Shown here piece by piece: positions 1 to 12,187 of a stretch of 64,000 nt of DNA (position 1 is the first letter of the stretch; the number at the start of each line of letters is the position of its first letter). Made by a program: the position numbers and the translations under genes. The stretch is from contig CM097883.1 of the NCBI GenBank assembly GCA_044892505.1, positions 357,678,001 through 357,742,000 on the forward strand. The letters are read 5' to 3'. The notes beneath the pieces were generated by a model that had not been told where the DNA came from, searched no databases, and was given only the letters and a program-made list of their open reading frames with translations. This stretch comes from Schmidtea nova (Eukaryota).

Positions 1-697
1 GCTCAGATAAGAGGCTCATTTGCTGGGTAAAACCCAAAAAACTACGTTAGACTCAATCGATCTAACGGTACTGGACACTTGCCATTCGTGATCTAGTCGA
101 TTTTGTTTTAATTGTAAACTCATTGTAAATTGTAATGTTTTGTAAGTTTCAAATTATATTTTTCCTATGAGTAAATGGATCTTTTCCCTTTATATGAATT
201 ATTATCATAAAGGTAACTGATAAAAACTAAAAAAAATATAGTATGAATGTTCAATGGGGAAACCCAATAATTAGGTTTTTTCGCATAAACTCGATATGGA
301 TAAATAGTAAATTGTTGAGAAAGGGACGAAATGGGCATTAAACCTTCTATCGGTATCCCTTAGACCCAGTAGAAGTTCGACCAATCATAATTTCGAATTT
401 TCGACGCTCACTAATTGCGAATGTCCACCCATTTGTTGCATTGCCAACGTTAAATTGTGACAGGCAACAAAATGGTTAAACTAATGTTTTATGTGTTGAG
501 TTGTTGATGTGAGCCATAGCAACGTCAAGGCCATGTTGACGGTCAGCAACCCACCATTATTCTTTATTTTATTCATTTTTTGAAATTAATATTTCTAATA
601 ATATTGCTGGACCATCGAACGGACTTGGAAATAAAACAGATTTATTGGTTAAATTAATAATATTTATTTATCATCTTCTTAATTCTTTATTTTGCAG

Positions 698-850
698 AAA
701 ATGATGTCCCAAATTTCCGTGATGTGGATATCGATGCCCCTAATTATATGGAAAATGTCTCAACTGATGTCCCGAATTTTGATGTCCCGAATTTTGATAT
801 CCTGAATTTTGATGCCCTGAATACTGCCATGATTAAAGGATCGAAAAAAT
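698..850 (+). repeat. 15-bp minisatellite, possibly an exon encoding D-[VAI]-[PL]-N-F pentapeptide repeats
   Basis: About six imperfect gatgtcccgaatttt units after a pyrimidine-rich tttgcag acceptor (AG ending at 697); open frame ENDVPNFRDVDIDAPNYMENVSTDVPNFDVPNFDILNFDALN. Confidence 0.4.
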
Positions 851-1427
851 GTAATTTTTTATATTATTATTATATTTTAAATGATGATGATGATGATAAT
901 AATAATAATTTTTATAAGATAATTTTTATTAATATAATTACAAATCATATTTTTTTATAATTATTATGAAGTATATATGCAATTTGAATTAATCTCAATT
1001 GATAAAGAACTTATGAAGAAAAAATTATCATGCGGAGTCCATCAATAAACATTTTATAGTCAAAATTATTGTACTGATAATTTATTATTGCATCAATCAG
1101 GCCACATTTAATAAAATATAGAAAATCAGAATAAATTCATCATAAAAAATAATATGTATAATATAAGAGTCACACAAATTAATCCAACATTTGCTATTTA
1201 TATTTATGAAAGATAATGGGTCGGCAAAATCAGAACAGCTAGGGTACCATCAGTATCATTTACACATTGATAAAAATATAAAAACTACATAGCGCCATAA
1301 CTGTATCCAATGAAACACTATCTCACTAAAGGAAAATTAAAAATCGAAGTATGAATTAAATCTTTTTTGTAGAAAACAATTAATAAAAATTTTGTGTATT
1401 CCTTTTTTGAATATTTTGTAATATAAA

Positions 1428-1790
1428 TTATAACAGAATTTTCGTTAATTCATAATTTTGATAAATTTCTGAATTATTTTCTAAATTAATATGAGCTTGA
1501 TTATTAAGATATTTCTCGATAGAGACCAAAAATGTTTTAATTTTTCTTTTAAGTGAATACGAAAAGCTGATAGAAAAAATATCCGACTTTTGGTAGACAT
1601 TCAAAAGAAAATTCTGAAGTTCGCAAAACTCATCACAGATTTCTTGGAAGTATATTAATAGTAATAATAGTAAATCAACCTCATTTCTGATGAGAGAATG
1701 GATATCAATAATATAACTGATGCTAATATATTTTGAAGAACCTCGTAAACATTGGTTAGATGATGAGGATAAACTCATCGATACATTCAT
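1428..1790 (-). other. possible fragment of an intron-containing host gene, product unknown
   Basis: 120-codon ORF plus further coding-like stretches at about 1030-1310 on the same strand; no motif recognised. Confidence 0.2.
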
Positions 1791-3613
1791 TCTCTCGAAA
1801 TATTATAGGACATGGTCAAATAAATACAGAGTATACCCAGAAAAGGAATAGTTCCGTCATAAATTAAAGATCACTCAAAATTCATAACATCTAGTCAAAC
1901 CCCAAACAATCAATCCATACCAAACAAAATCACCTTTATCGTTCCCCAATCAATCCAATCAATCAAATCCCAATGTAATTACCTGATATCAATTATGATC
2001 ATTTACCAATTGTTTGAACATTTGGATGATTTTTGTATGATATTTTGACCATTATTTTAATTGATTTTATTTATTATTTTATTGCATAATTGATTTATTT
2101 TATAGTTAATTTATAGGTTATATTATCATTATTACTGTACATACTGATAGCTGTTATAAATAATTTTTCTTTTCTCAATAATATAATCAACTAATTTCTT
2201 TATTCAGTAACAAATTTTAGTATATAAAGACAAGATTATCTTTTGGGTTCATCTTTAATCTCTTTATTTATATCAATAATTTCCATAATAAAGACAAATA
2301 GAAAAATCTTCATAAAATTTAATTTTTAAAATTAGAGCTAATGGATTATATTTCAAAGGTCAAATATTTAAAATAGAACAGCACCAAAGGTTCAACAATT
2401 ATAAATTTTCACATAAGACATCGCACTATTTATAAAACTACATAACAAGCACCTTACACAGTGATTACAAGTTCTTTATATTCTTTCAAATTGGATATTG
2501 ATTGTATAAACCACCGGTTCTCAAAATATGTTAAGCGAAAAGATTTTAGGGTTCCATGGGTTTTTGTCCTCTATAAGATATATGATATATATTTGATATA
2601 AAAAATTTGATATTTTCAAAATACGCATGTACAAAATCCTATTATTGCAAAGATTGGATGCAGCAATAGAAATGCGAAATCAGTTATCAGTTATCAAATA
2701 TTGCACCAGATTTTCGTAAATTAATGGAATCTATGAAGCAAATGCATACTTCTCATTAAGTTTAATTTTTGTATTTTGTAACGATTTTTAAAAAATTTAT
2801 ATTTTTGTTATACAACGAATAAAACAGTTTTTCTTTTCGTTTAATTGTACATTAAATTTAATTGTACAACAAAGTTTGAGAACATTTATAATCAAATATC
2901 TGTGGTAAAGGATTTTGTAAAATGTAAATTTTGTAATTTAATAAAATATGAAACCGACTTTCTTCGTAATCTATTTAAGCAAACATATAATGTGAATAAT
3001 AAAAATACTACATAACCTTTTATTTTTATTTTATTATTTTTTAACATGTTTTACATAAATTTTTAGATTAAGATTTTAGGTTTGGAATTATTTCATCCCA
3101 AATGTGAGTTATTTTTAATTACTTTGATAAATATTTTTTTTTCAATTGATTATACAAATTTAAGCAATATCAAAGGCGATTTTTCAGTTAATTTATAAAC
3201 TTTTTTTCATTCTCCATGACCTGAATTATTATTTTTTGCGTTCCAGTCTTTATCAGAGTATATTCAATTGACCGATACAAACGACAAATGCATACAAAGT
3301 ATTATTTACGATCACTTAAAAGCCCTTTCTCATTCATTTGAAAAATATCCAAAACAGGAAGATATTCGACCTGGAAATTCGTGGATAGTAATTCCTTTTA
3401 TTGAACATGAAAATAATATACTAAGCGACTCGGAACAGGAGAAGCTCCTTGAATTAAATTCGGATTTGAGTTTAAAATCATAATTTGAATCAACAAATAA
3501 AATACAGTTCTGGATGAAAGTTAAGAGTGAATATCCCATATTACACAAGAAGGCAATCAGAATCTTACTCCACCTTTCAAAAACATACTTGTGCGAGACT
3601 GCATTCTCAGCAA

Positions 3614-3710
3614 TGTGATAATTGATTATTATTTTTGTTTAAATAACGTCAAAAACATGATTGCGAATTTTATGAATTTATAAATAGTCATTCTTGTGCG
3701 TTCGACTTCA
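3614..3710 (+). repeat. 5' LTR (97 bp)
   Basis: tgtgataattg...gttcgacttca; differs from 7581-7679 by about two substitutions and a 2-bp indel. Confidence 0.92.
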
Positions 3711-4101
3711 AGCTATCGCGGCTAAATTCATGGAAGTTGTGAGATGTTTAAAAATACTCTAAAGATTTTTATAAAATTATTTTAACAAAAAAAGTATTTT
3801 GCAAAGAAAACATCTCGTTTAAAATAAAAATGATTATCAGTAAAGATTTTAATAATTAGAATATTTAAAATTAAATTTAAAATGTACCTTAAAAGTCTTA
3901 TTAAAGTTTTTATTAAATATATAGGTTTATTAAAATATAGCTGAAATTAATTAAAAATCGTATGTTGAATGTATGTATGAATGTTCTGTATGAAAATTCT
4001 GTCAAGAAAAATTACATATTTATTGGAATCTCCTAATGTTGTTTTAATAATTGTTGTAATAAATACACTTTTGAAATTTTGTTAAATTAATTAATTATTT
4101 A

Positions 4102-4830
4102 ATGATAGACACAATTAATACCCGAAGTTCGGGAAAAGAAGACACTAACAGAAGTTATTAAATATATTGAAAAATTTGATGGAATGGGTGATGTGACGAA
4201 ATGGTTCTCTCAAGTAAGAGCGATAGCTCTCATGCAAAAGATTGAGAACTGGAGATGTTTCTACCGATACTGATGAAAGGAGACGCATATGCGGTGTATT
4301 AACATCTCAGCGATGAAGTCAGAGGAAGTTCCATCAAGACCGAAGCAGCAATAAAAAAAGCCTTCTCTATGTCGATGTTTCTTGCCTTTGAGAAATTGAA
4401 GAATCGATTATGGAACAACGAGCCTGTCGATATTTATCTGGGTAAGTTATCTGGGGTCAATGATGCCATTATTAGATGTTCGTTCGTTACTGGACTTCCA
4501 GCGTCAATATCACAGTCACTATAGGCTATTCCGAACATTGAAACAATGGCAATGAATGCGGTCGTACAGATAGCTCGAGCTATATTAAGTAATGCAGTTT
4601 CTCAACAAAGTTGAATGCTGGGAGTAAAAGAAGAATTGCCAATCCTAAAGACCAAATGTGTTCGTTTTGTGGAAAGAAAGGGTTCACTGAAGAAACATGT
4701 TTCCGAAAAAACAAACAATGTTGGATATGTGGTGATAAAGCCCACCTCGCGCGATGGTGCCCAAAGAAACAGACGGGAAGCGCTATCGGAGTAACACGTG
4801 CGCCAGTATTCACTCCGGAAAAGCAATAAT
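4102..4830 (+). pseudogene. gag with two CCHC-type zinc knuckles
   Basis: KFDGMGDVTKWF...MFLPILMKGDAYAVY...CSFVTGLP; CSFCGKKGFTEETC and CWICGDKAHLARWC; several stops and frameshifts. Confidence 0.85.
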
Positions 4831-7410
4831 AGCGCTGCAGACAGTCGTTGTAACTGTCAACAGAAGGACTTCCAAAGCGTTAATAGATTCAGGTTGTACC
4901 CAAAATTTTATTTTGTTCTCGTTGGACAGCGGACCGTATGGAAAGAGCGAGAGTGTGCTGGTGGCTGATGGATCATTGGCCAAGAGTTTGGGAATCGTCG
5001 AGGTTAACATTGTTATCAGAAAGGCAAGTGGTTTGTCTGGTGATGGAAAACCTTCCAAGAGATTTTGGCGTAATTTTGATAATGGATGTTATAAGAATGC
5101 TCGGCGGGATGAATATATCAAGGCAAGGGGTATCGTTTCCTTTGGCCAGCGCCGTGGGGATAAAGTCCCATTTCTTGAGGGCAGACGAACGACATACAGA
5201 GTCTCTGGAAATTAAAGATGAAGACTTTTAAACCGATTTCCTTTCCGTCAATTGGACAGTGAGCTGGAAATGGAAAAGTCAACCTCCTGAACTTGGTAAT
5301 ATATGTGCCAACTATGGAATTAAGACAGAGCTACGCAATGAATTCGACGCGGAAATTACAGAATAGATTAGAAACAGTTGGTTAACGCCTTATGAAGGAA
5401 ACTCTGATGGTATACTACCATTAATGGCAGTTAATCAGTCTAACAAAGGAAAAATACTACCAGTACTAGACTATCGCGAACTGAATAAATTAGTAACGAG
5501 CTACACGGGTCAGAGTGAAGCCTGCGACGAATCTTTACGGCGTTGGCGAAGATTCGGGGAGAAAGTCGAGATGCTCGATCTGAAGAAAGCCTATCTACAA
5601 ATACCTGTAAATCCCGATCTGTGGGATTTTCAAAAAGTCAGGTTTATAGTAAAGGTATATGCTTTGACAAGATTGGGTTTCGGCCTCAATGTAGCACCGA
5701 AAATAATGTCTGCCATAGTGCGAAGAGTGTTAGTATTACGCAAAGACATTAAAGAGGCAACCGACAGTTATATTGACGATATCATTGTGAATACATCAAA
5801 AGTACAATTAGACAAAGTTGTACGTCATCGGGTAAGATACGGACTAGCAGTTAAAACTCCGGAAAAATTCGATACTTCTAAAGATTTGGGATTACAGATC
5901 TCTAGATGCACGGAAGGCAGATATTGGAGGAGAGGAAACGTAATCAATGAGATGGGACCATACAAAGCGATGACGAGTAGGGAGCTGTTTTCCTTGTGCG
6001 GTCAGCTGGTCGGTCACTACCCGGTTGCTGGCTGGTTGCGAATTGCATGTTGTGGGAAGATACAATTGGAGATTATGCTTCCATGATAATAGCTGAAATT
6101 ATCGAACTCGATAAGAAAAATGATCCATTTTGTGGAGTTTGGCATGTTTCTCCGACAAAAGGTGGAGTTGTATGGTGTGATGCAAGCAATCTGGCTCTCA
6201 GAGTTTGTCTCGAAATCGACGGAGAGATCGTGGAGGATGCCGCTTGGCAGAGAAAGACAGACGACGCAGCGCATATTAACGTAGCTGAACTCGGTGCTGT
6301 AATTAAAGGAATTAACCTCGCGATTAAGTGGGATCTGTCGTCGATAATCGTGCAATCAGATTCTGCGACGGTTCAAAGTTAGCTGGGGACATTACTGACA
6401 GATAGTGATCGAATAAAACTCACGGATCTTCTGAGATGCTAATTCGTAGGCGTCTACAAATTGTTCACGAACTCCAACTGGCATATAACTTAAAGATAGC
6501 CGCGGAGTTTGTCCCGACCGAGAAAAACAAGGCTGACGTTTTAACTAGAGTTAAGAAAGCTTGGCTTACATGGGTTAAATAAGTAAGTTGTTCTACTATG
6601 TCGATGTCCGATAGAATAAGGAAGTACCACAAGGCGCATCACTTCGTAGTGGATCGAACTCTGTATTTCGTAAGGAAGTTACTTCCTAACGTATCTCGTG
6701 GAGCGGTATAAGGTGTGATATCAAACTGTATTAAGTGTCGAACGATAGATCCGGCACCTGTAAGATGGGAACATGGAAATTTGGCGGTGAACTGTGATTG
6801 GACCAAATTGGCGTTAGAGGTGACTCACTACCGGAATAAGCGTTATTTTACGTGTATCGACTGCGGACCGAGTAGATTCGCAATATGGAGATAGATTTGT
6901 AACGAAGATGCTGCGACCATTACTAGAATCTGTGAACAAATATTCAGAGAACGCGGACCTCCGAGCCAGTTGCTCATGGATAATGGCGGTTCATTTAAGT
7001 CTCGTCCATTAGAGAAGTTATGTGCAAAGTTATGTGTTGGTCGTATTTTTCGATGCGCTTTCCGACCATTGGGAAACGGAATTGTTCAGAGGAGCCACAG
7101 GACCGTGATGAGAATGGCGGCCCGGACGGAAGGGGAGCCCCTGGACATGGTTTACTAGTACAACATGAGCTCCAGTGGCGACTTTGAAGCGCCTTCGCGA
7201 CTACTATTTACATACGACTGGAAGGACATACAAGAAGTTGAAATCGAGAATGACGAAATTCTGAGTCGTTATGCTAAAGGAGACAAGGTATTCTGTAAGC
7301 CGCCGAATGCAAGATGTACAAGTGTTTGGACGGAGGAATACCGTCACAAACGTTTTTTTGTCCACGAATATCAAGGTGGATGGTGTCCCCAGACACATAG
7401 CTGACATCAG
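4830..7410 (+). pseudogene. pol: aspartic protease, reverse transcriptase, RNase H, DDE integrase
   Basis: ALIDSGC (PR); PVLDYRELN, LDLKKAYLQI, RLGFGLNVAP, YIDDII (RT); VWCDAS, HINVAEL, SDSATV, NKADVLTRV (RH); HH...C.KC, CIDCGPSRF, MDNGGSF, GNGIVQRSHR (IN). Confidence 0.9.
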
Positions 7411-7580
7411 ACAGGTTGAGCCAACTGACGGGAGAAGAGCGAACTATTGAAAATAATGGTCAACCTACGATTGAAATGTCAACCGATAGGCAACAAAGAA
7501 ACCGATACTTACCAGTGTACCTACAAGATTATATTCTCGCCGACGACGCTTTTGACAATGATGTTGACATCACGTAGGAA

Positions 7581-7679
7581 TGTGATAATTGATTATTATT
7601 TTTGTTTAAATAATGTCAAAAACATGATTGCGAATTTTATGAATTTATAAATAAATTCATTCTTGTGCGTTCGACTTCA
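7581..7679 (+). repeat. 3' LTR (99 bp)
   Basis: Direct repeat of 3614-3710, preceded by a short purine run gtaggaa and followed by the TSD agcaa. Confidence 0.92.
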
Positions 7680-8046
7680 AGCAATGTGTGCAAAAACAAA
7701 TCAATGAAATCGTTTGGCTGTTGGACCTGCTTTACGTCTTACCATTACTACTCTGACTCCAAGGATAGAGAAATCAGTCTGTGAAAAAGAAAAACAGCAA
7801 TCTCATTGATTTAGGTTAATGTTTTGCCAATTTAAAAAAATATATATTTCTTTAGTTTTGTTGTAATTATTCTGTAATTTTCTATAATCTTTATGTGAAT
7901 GATTTTTTTGTGATTATATTTTTATATGTAAACATATTTAGTAATAAATAAATTGTTAAATACATAAAAGATACTATTGATTTTTGTTTCTTATTTAATT
8001 AAAAAACGTTCTCAAAGGTCCGCGTTGAAAAAATAGATATTATATT

Positions 8047-8079
8047 GGTCCGCGGTACTTTTTCGGTTGAGAAACGCGG
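8047..8079. repeat. probable right terminus/TIR of the Buster-type hAT element
   Basis: ggtccgcgg...ggttgagaaacgcgg followed by cactagtg (NNNTANNN-type flank), 270 bp after the transposase stop. Confidence 0.45.
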
Positions 8080-8394
8080 CACTAGTGCTATACAGAAAAC
8101 GCCTAAATTATAGTGATTGAAATAATAAATAAAGCTAAGGCAGTCGGGTGCGCTAGCAAACAATTTCTGTTGAAAACCTTTTGTGAGCAATTATGATAAT
8201 GATACGCCATGTTTGCAAGTTACAGATTATTTGTAATATCTAGCATTTTCAAGTGATGTGATATCCAGTGTACCAGGAAATGTATTTAACAAAGTGGTTT
8301 TAACTTTGCTTTATACTTACCTGGCACAATGCATAGCACTCCTGCATAGCACTGATGGCAATCAAAAGCTCGAAACTACTCTGCTATTGGGGAT

Positions 8395-8700
8395 TTGCAT
8401 TGGGTATCACAAAGCTTTACCTTTTATTACTTGTTTAAAATTATTATATTCACAAAGAAAACGGTTGAGACCAATTTTTTATTGTCGACGAAACTGGTCT
8501 TTTTTGGAAGAAAACACCACAGTTTATCCGACAAACATTTCCCTGAATTAATTCCCCATACTGAAAAACGAGCAAACCTTACACGCCAGTGTGTACTATG
8601 CTCTCGAATGAAAGAACCCAGAAGAAAGAAACTCGTTACAAGTGTGACGAGTTCAACGTTTCTTTATGTTTAGTAGGATGTTTTAGAAAATATCAGAGGC
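8395..8700 (+). pseudogene. piggyBac (PGBD4-like) transposase C-terminal fragment with Cys-rich domain
   Basis: DKHFPELIPHTEKRANLTRQCVLCSRMKEPRRK, then frameshifted ETRYKCDEFNVSLCLVGCFRKY. Confidence 0.8.
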
Positions 8701-8830
8701 CAATATAAATTTTGAATAATATTTGACAAAAAAATGTTTATATTAAATAAAATTTCAAAGAATGTGTATTTCTTTTTTTCGTAAAAGGTTTGAGTCAAAT
8801 TGCAATATTATATTATTTTTTTAATGATTT

Positions 8831-9040
8831 GGACTCTGACAACACTCTTACCGTTACCCGTGTGGAAAAAATATAGAATTTTAAATTGTGTGGAAATAAT
8901 AAAATTAGCTGTTGCAGATATAAAACAATCAACATTAAATGCGTGTTGGAAACCTATCTAGCCTGATGTAGTTTTGAGTGGAAATGACATTCCAGAGAAT
9001 GAATATTCTAAAATTACAGGACTAGCATATTACGTTGGAG
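8831..9040 (+). pseudogene. short Tigger/pogo transposase fragment
   Basis: DSDNTLTVTRVWKK..ILNCVEIIKLAVADIKQSTLNACWKPI*PDVV parallels DSDSSLTVSQVWKNFTILDCVKIVALAVEE*RPSTLNGSWKPIWPEVV of the element at 30-33 kb. Confidence 0.75.
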
Positions 9041-9721
9041 AAATTGTGATTCTTTTAATAATTTGTTTAACAATTAAATTAATATTTTTGTATTAATCAT
9101 TTGTTATTTTTTTATAATTTTGAAAAATTTCTGTAAATTTTTTGTAAACTTTTATTTAGTATATTTATTTAAGGTTTTTATCAATAGGTTTCAAGAACTA
9201 TACCCAGGAATTAAAAATACACTTGATTATTGTGCACTGTAAATCATTGCATTTAAAATACATCGATTGACTGACTATATATTGACTGATATTGAGGAAA
9301 TTTTCGAACTTCATTATGATATGGTCCAAGAGTCAGGAAATAATTGCATCAGTAGTTGTATTGCTTGTAAAGATTCTATACCAATGTTACTGTTGTATTG
9401 ATTTAAAAAAAGATCAAGTGATACAAATTTTGTTAGTAGAAATGCGTAAAGTATATTTCACTGACATTTTAAATTTGAAATAATTTTTTTATTTTTTTTT
9501 TATTTTAATTTAATATTATTATAATTATTATTATATACTAAAAAACTTTGTTTTTACTTAGCAATAAATTTTCTACAATCTGATATTCTGTTAGCAAATA
9601 TATTTAAAAATAACCATATTTTTACTAATTCATTTCAAATTTAATAACATAACGCTTGTTAACAGAACCTTGGTAGTAGAACCTATTTTGTGATGGTTTT
9701 TGAGTGTCAATGATTATTTTA

Positions 9722-9723
<2 letters not shown>

Positions 9724-9782
<59 letters not shown>
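9724..9782. repeat. (TA)n microsatellite
   Basis: Directly visible. Confidence 0.97.
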
Positions 9783-9786
<4 letters not shown>

Positions 9787-10499
9787 TATAAATAAATATA
9801 TATAACTCACATATATTTATAACTGTTACAATCACCATTATTCTTTAGCATAATCCATCATGAGATTCATATCAATCAATTACATTATCACAATATTCAT
9901 ATTTCTCAATGTTTCATCGAGAATTTTATCCAGTAACAGACACAAATTGTGATAGGTTTGAAAACGTCTTACTCGAACATATATTCAATGATAATTTTTT
10001 ATGTTATTGTATGTGAATATTTCTTGTGTGATGTACTTTGATATTCTGTGTGTATTTTCTTTGTCATCGAACAAGAGTATTATGATATTTTATGCATTTG
10101 AATTGACTATAGTGTAATGATATTTCATATGATATTTTGTGTGATGAATTTCTATGAATTTTTGATATTATTGCACTATAGTACGAAGATATTTCATGAA
10201 TTTGACTGACTATAATATGATGTTCTAAAATACAAAAAATTATAATTATTTAATTTATAGTGTTGTTTAAACACACTGTATCTCTATCAGATCTTCACTT
10301 TTAAATCAAATCATTTCGTAATAAAAATTGCAATTTTATTTTTATAAGAAATTTGCCCATTTGAAATATAAAAATTAAATTTTGCAAAAATCCAGTATTT
10401 TATTAACAAATACAAAAACCAATTCGTTCTTGGACCACGCTTTATTGTAATATTTGTTGCGTAGACGTCAGTTTTCATAAAAAAGCAGTTGTTGAAAAA

Positions 10500-11807
10500 C
10501 ATAGAAAATCAAAAAAGCACCAAAGTAGGATTAATCATTTTGTAAATGATTTTAGTGGAAAACAGTCTTTTTTAACTGACAACAATGAAAAATTCACAAA
10601 TCTTGTTACAAATGCGTTTCTTTCTGCGGATATTCCGTTACATAAGTTAAATGACAAAGCTTTGATTAAGATGCTTGACTACATGAAATTCCCATTGCCT
10701 AGCGAAAGAAATGCACGTCGTCAAGTGGAAGTGGAATCGAAAAAAATATTTGAAAAAATTTATAATTTTGTTCAAAGTAAAAAAGTATTTTTGGTGTTTG
10801 ATGAAAGCCAAATTAATGATATAAAATATTGCAACATTCTTTGTGGTATTTTACTTGATCCTAACAAAATATTTTTTTAGGATACAGTGGGATTAGACAA
10901 ATCGATTAATTCCCCTACAGTTGTTGACATAGTATTAGAAACGACTAGAAAATACAACATTAATATTATTCATTGTAGCATGTTGATTTCAGATGCAGCA
11001 AGTTATATGATAAAAGCTGGGAAAGCGCTAAAACAATACAATAAGAATATGATACATAGCACTTGCATTGCACATTTGGTACATAATTGTGCAATGAACA
11101 TTAAGTCTTATTTTAAGAATATTGATCTGTTAATTGTGAGAGTACAGGCATTACCATACAAAAACAAGACAGACCAACAGCTTTTTTCTGATTTACCAAC
11201 AATACCTTCTGTCATAGTAACTAGATGGTCAAGTTGGCTAAAAGCCGCTCTTTATTTTGCAAATAATCTTATCCCATTTAAAAAAATTATATTGGAAATG
11301 CAAGATGAAAGAATAATAGTCGAAAATGCAAAATTGGCGATTTCTGCATCAAATATCTAAGAATACCTGTTGTGTGTTAGCAATTGCTATTTAAATCTAA
11401 TTCCAATTTTAGAAAAACTAGAATCCAATCAATTGAATTTATAGGATGAAATTTTATCAATTACATCACTAAGCTTTGGAAATGATCCTGTAGAACTTAA
11501 AAAATTCATCACAAAAAGAATATTAAAACATGAGGGCACTCAGTTATTAAAAAATACTAATGAAAAACTATCTCCGACTGAAGTAATCCAACTAAGATCT
11601 TACCCATCAACTTCAGTATCAGTTGAACGATCATTTTCAATGTTAGGAAAATTACTTACAAAAGATCGAAATTTCAAACAAGAAAATATTCCGAAATTAT
11701 TTTCAGTTTATTTTAACTCAAAGAAATTTGATTAAAAAAATAATTCATATCTGCTTTTTTATTTTCATAACTGCTTTTTTTAAATGCTTTTTTTTGCCGG
11801 GCCCTAG
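10500..11807 (+). mobile_element. hAT-superfamily (DUF659/CGGBP1-like) transposon remnant; transposase in one frame to 11735 with internal stops, right end at about 11807
   Basis: AFLSADIPLHKL, VFLVFDES, LISDAASYM, HSTCIAHLVHN, VTRWSSWL, STSVSVERSFS; terminal gcttt-rich repeats ending gccgggccctag. Confidence 0.8.
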
Positions 11808-12187
11808 TGATGATATTTCAAATGTGATTAATTTCTATGTATTTCTAATATTGTGTGTATATCTTTTGATGTAGTTGCACTACATAATGTAGATATTTCT
11901 TGTTTATTTCTTGTCTGTAATTCTAGCTTTATACAAGTGCAAGTTATAAAATCTATGCACGTTCTGACAGGTTCGTTAAACACTTTACTATAAATACGTG
12001 AAGCACAGCAACTGTAAATCAAATTTTTCTGTGCGGTATATAAGGACGAACTTATTAAAAAATATATTATTTACTATTATTAAATATTTACTATTATTAT
12101 TTTTTCACTCCAGATTTTTTTAGGTCTATCTGAGGTCCGCTCTGGGCTGACCACAACTTTTATTGTATTATTTTTACAGATAAACCC

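Larger units (their letters stand above)
3614..7679 (+). mobile_element. complete but inactivated LTR retrotransposon (Ty3/Gypsy domain order gag-PR-RT-RH-IN), 4066 bp
   Basis: Two near-identical TG...CA LTRs, 5-bp target-site duplication AGCAA (3609-3613 and 7680-7684), all five domains recognisable through stops and frameshifts. Confidence 0.93.
3241..7810 (+). pseudogene. hAT (Buster/ZBED8-FAM200-like) transposase C-terminus, split by an LTR retrotransposon (parts 3241-3613 and 7685-7810)
   Basis: FWMKVKSEYPILHKKAIRILLHLSKTYLCETAFSA left of the insertion continues as MCAKTNQ*NRLAVGPALRLTITTLTPRIEKSVCEKEKQQSH* on the right, the typical hAT dimerisation-domain end. Confidence 0.87.

Noticed and set aside
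4580-7407. Antisense ORFs over the LTR element (and at 22091, 22634, 46424, 46879, 48361, 49972)
   Set aside because: Shadows of coding sequence on the opposite strand, with no independent motifs.
2504-8087. Pairing caccggttctcaaa (2512) with the TIR at 8065-8079 as one hAT element
   Set aside because: The flanking 8-mers (gtataaac versus cactagtg) do not match, so a shared TSD is not supported.
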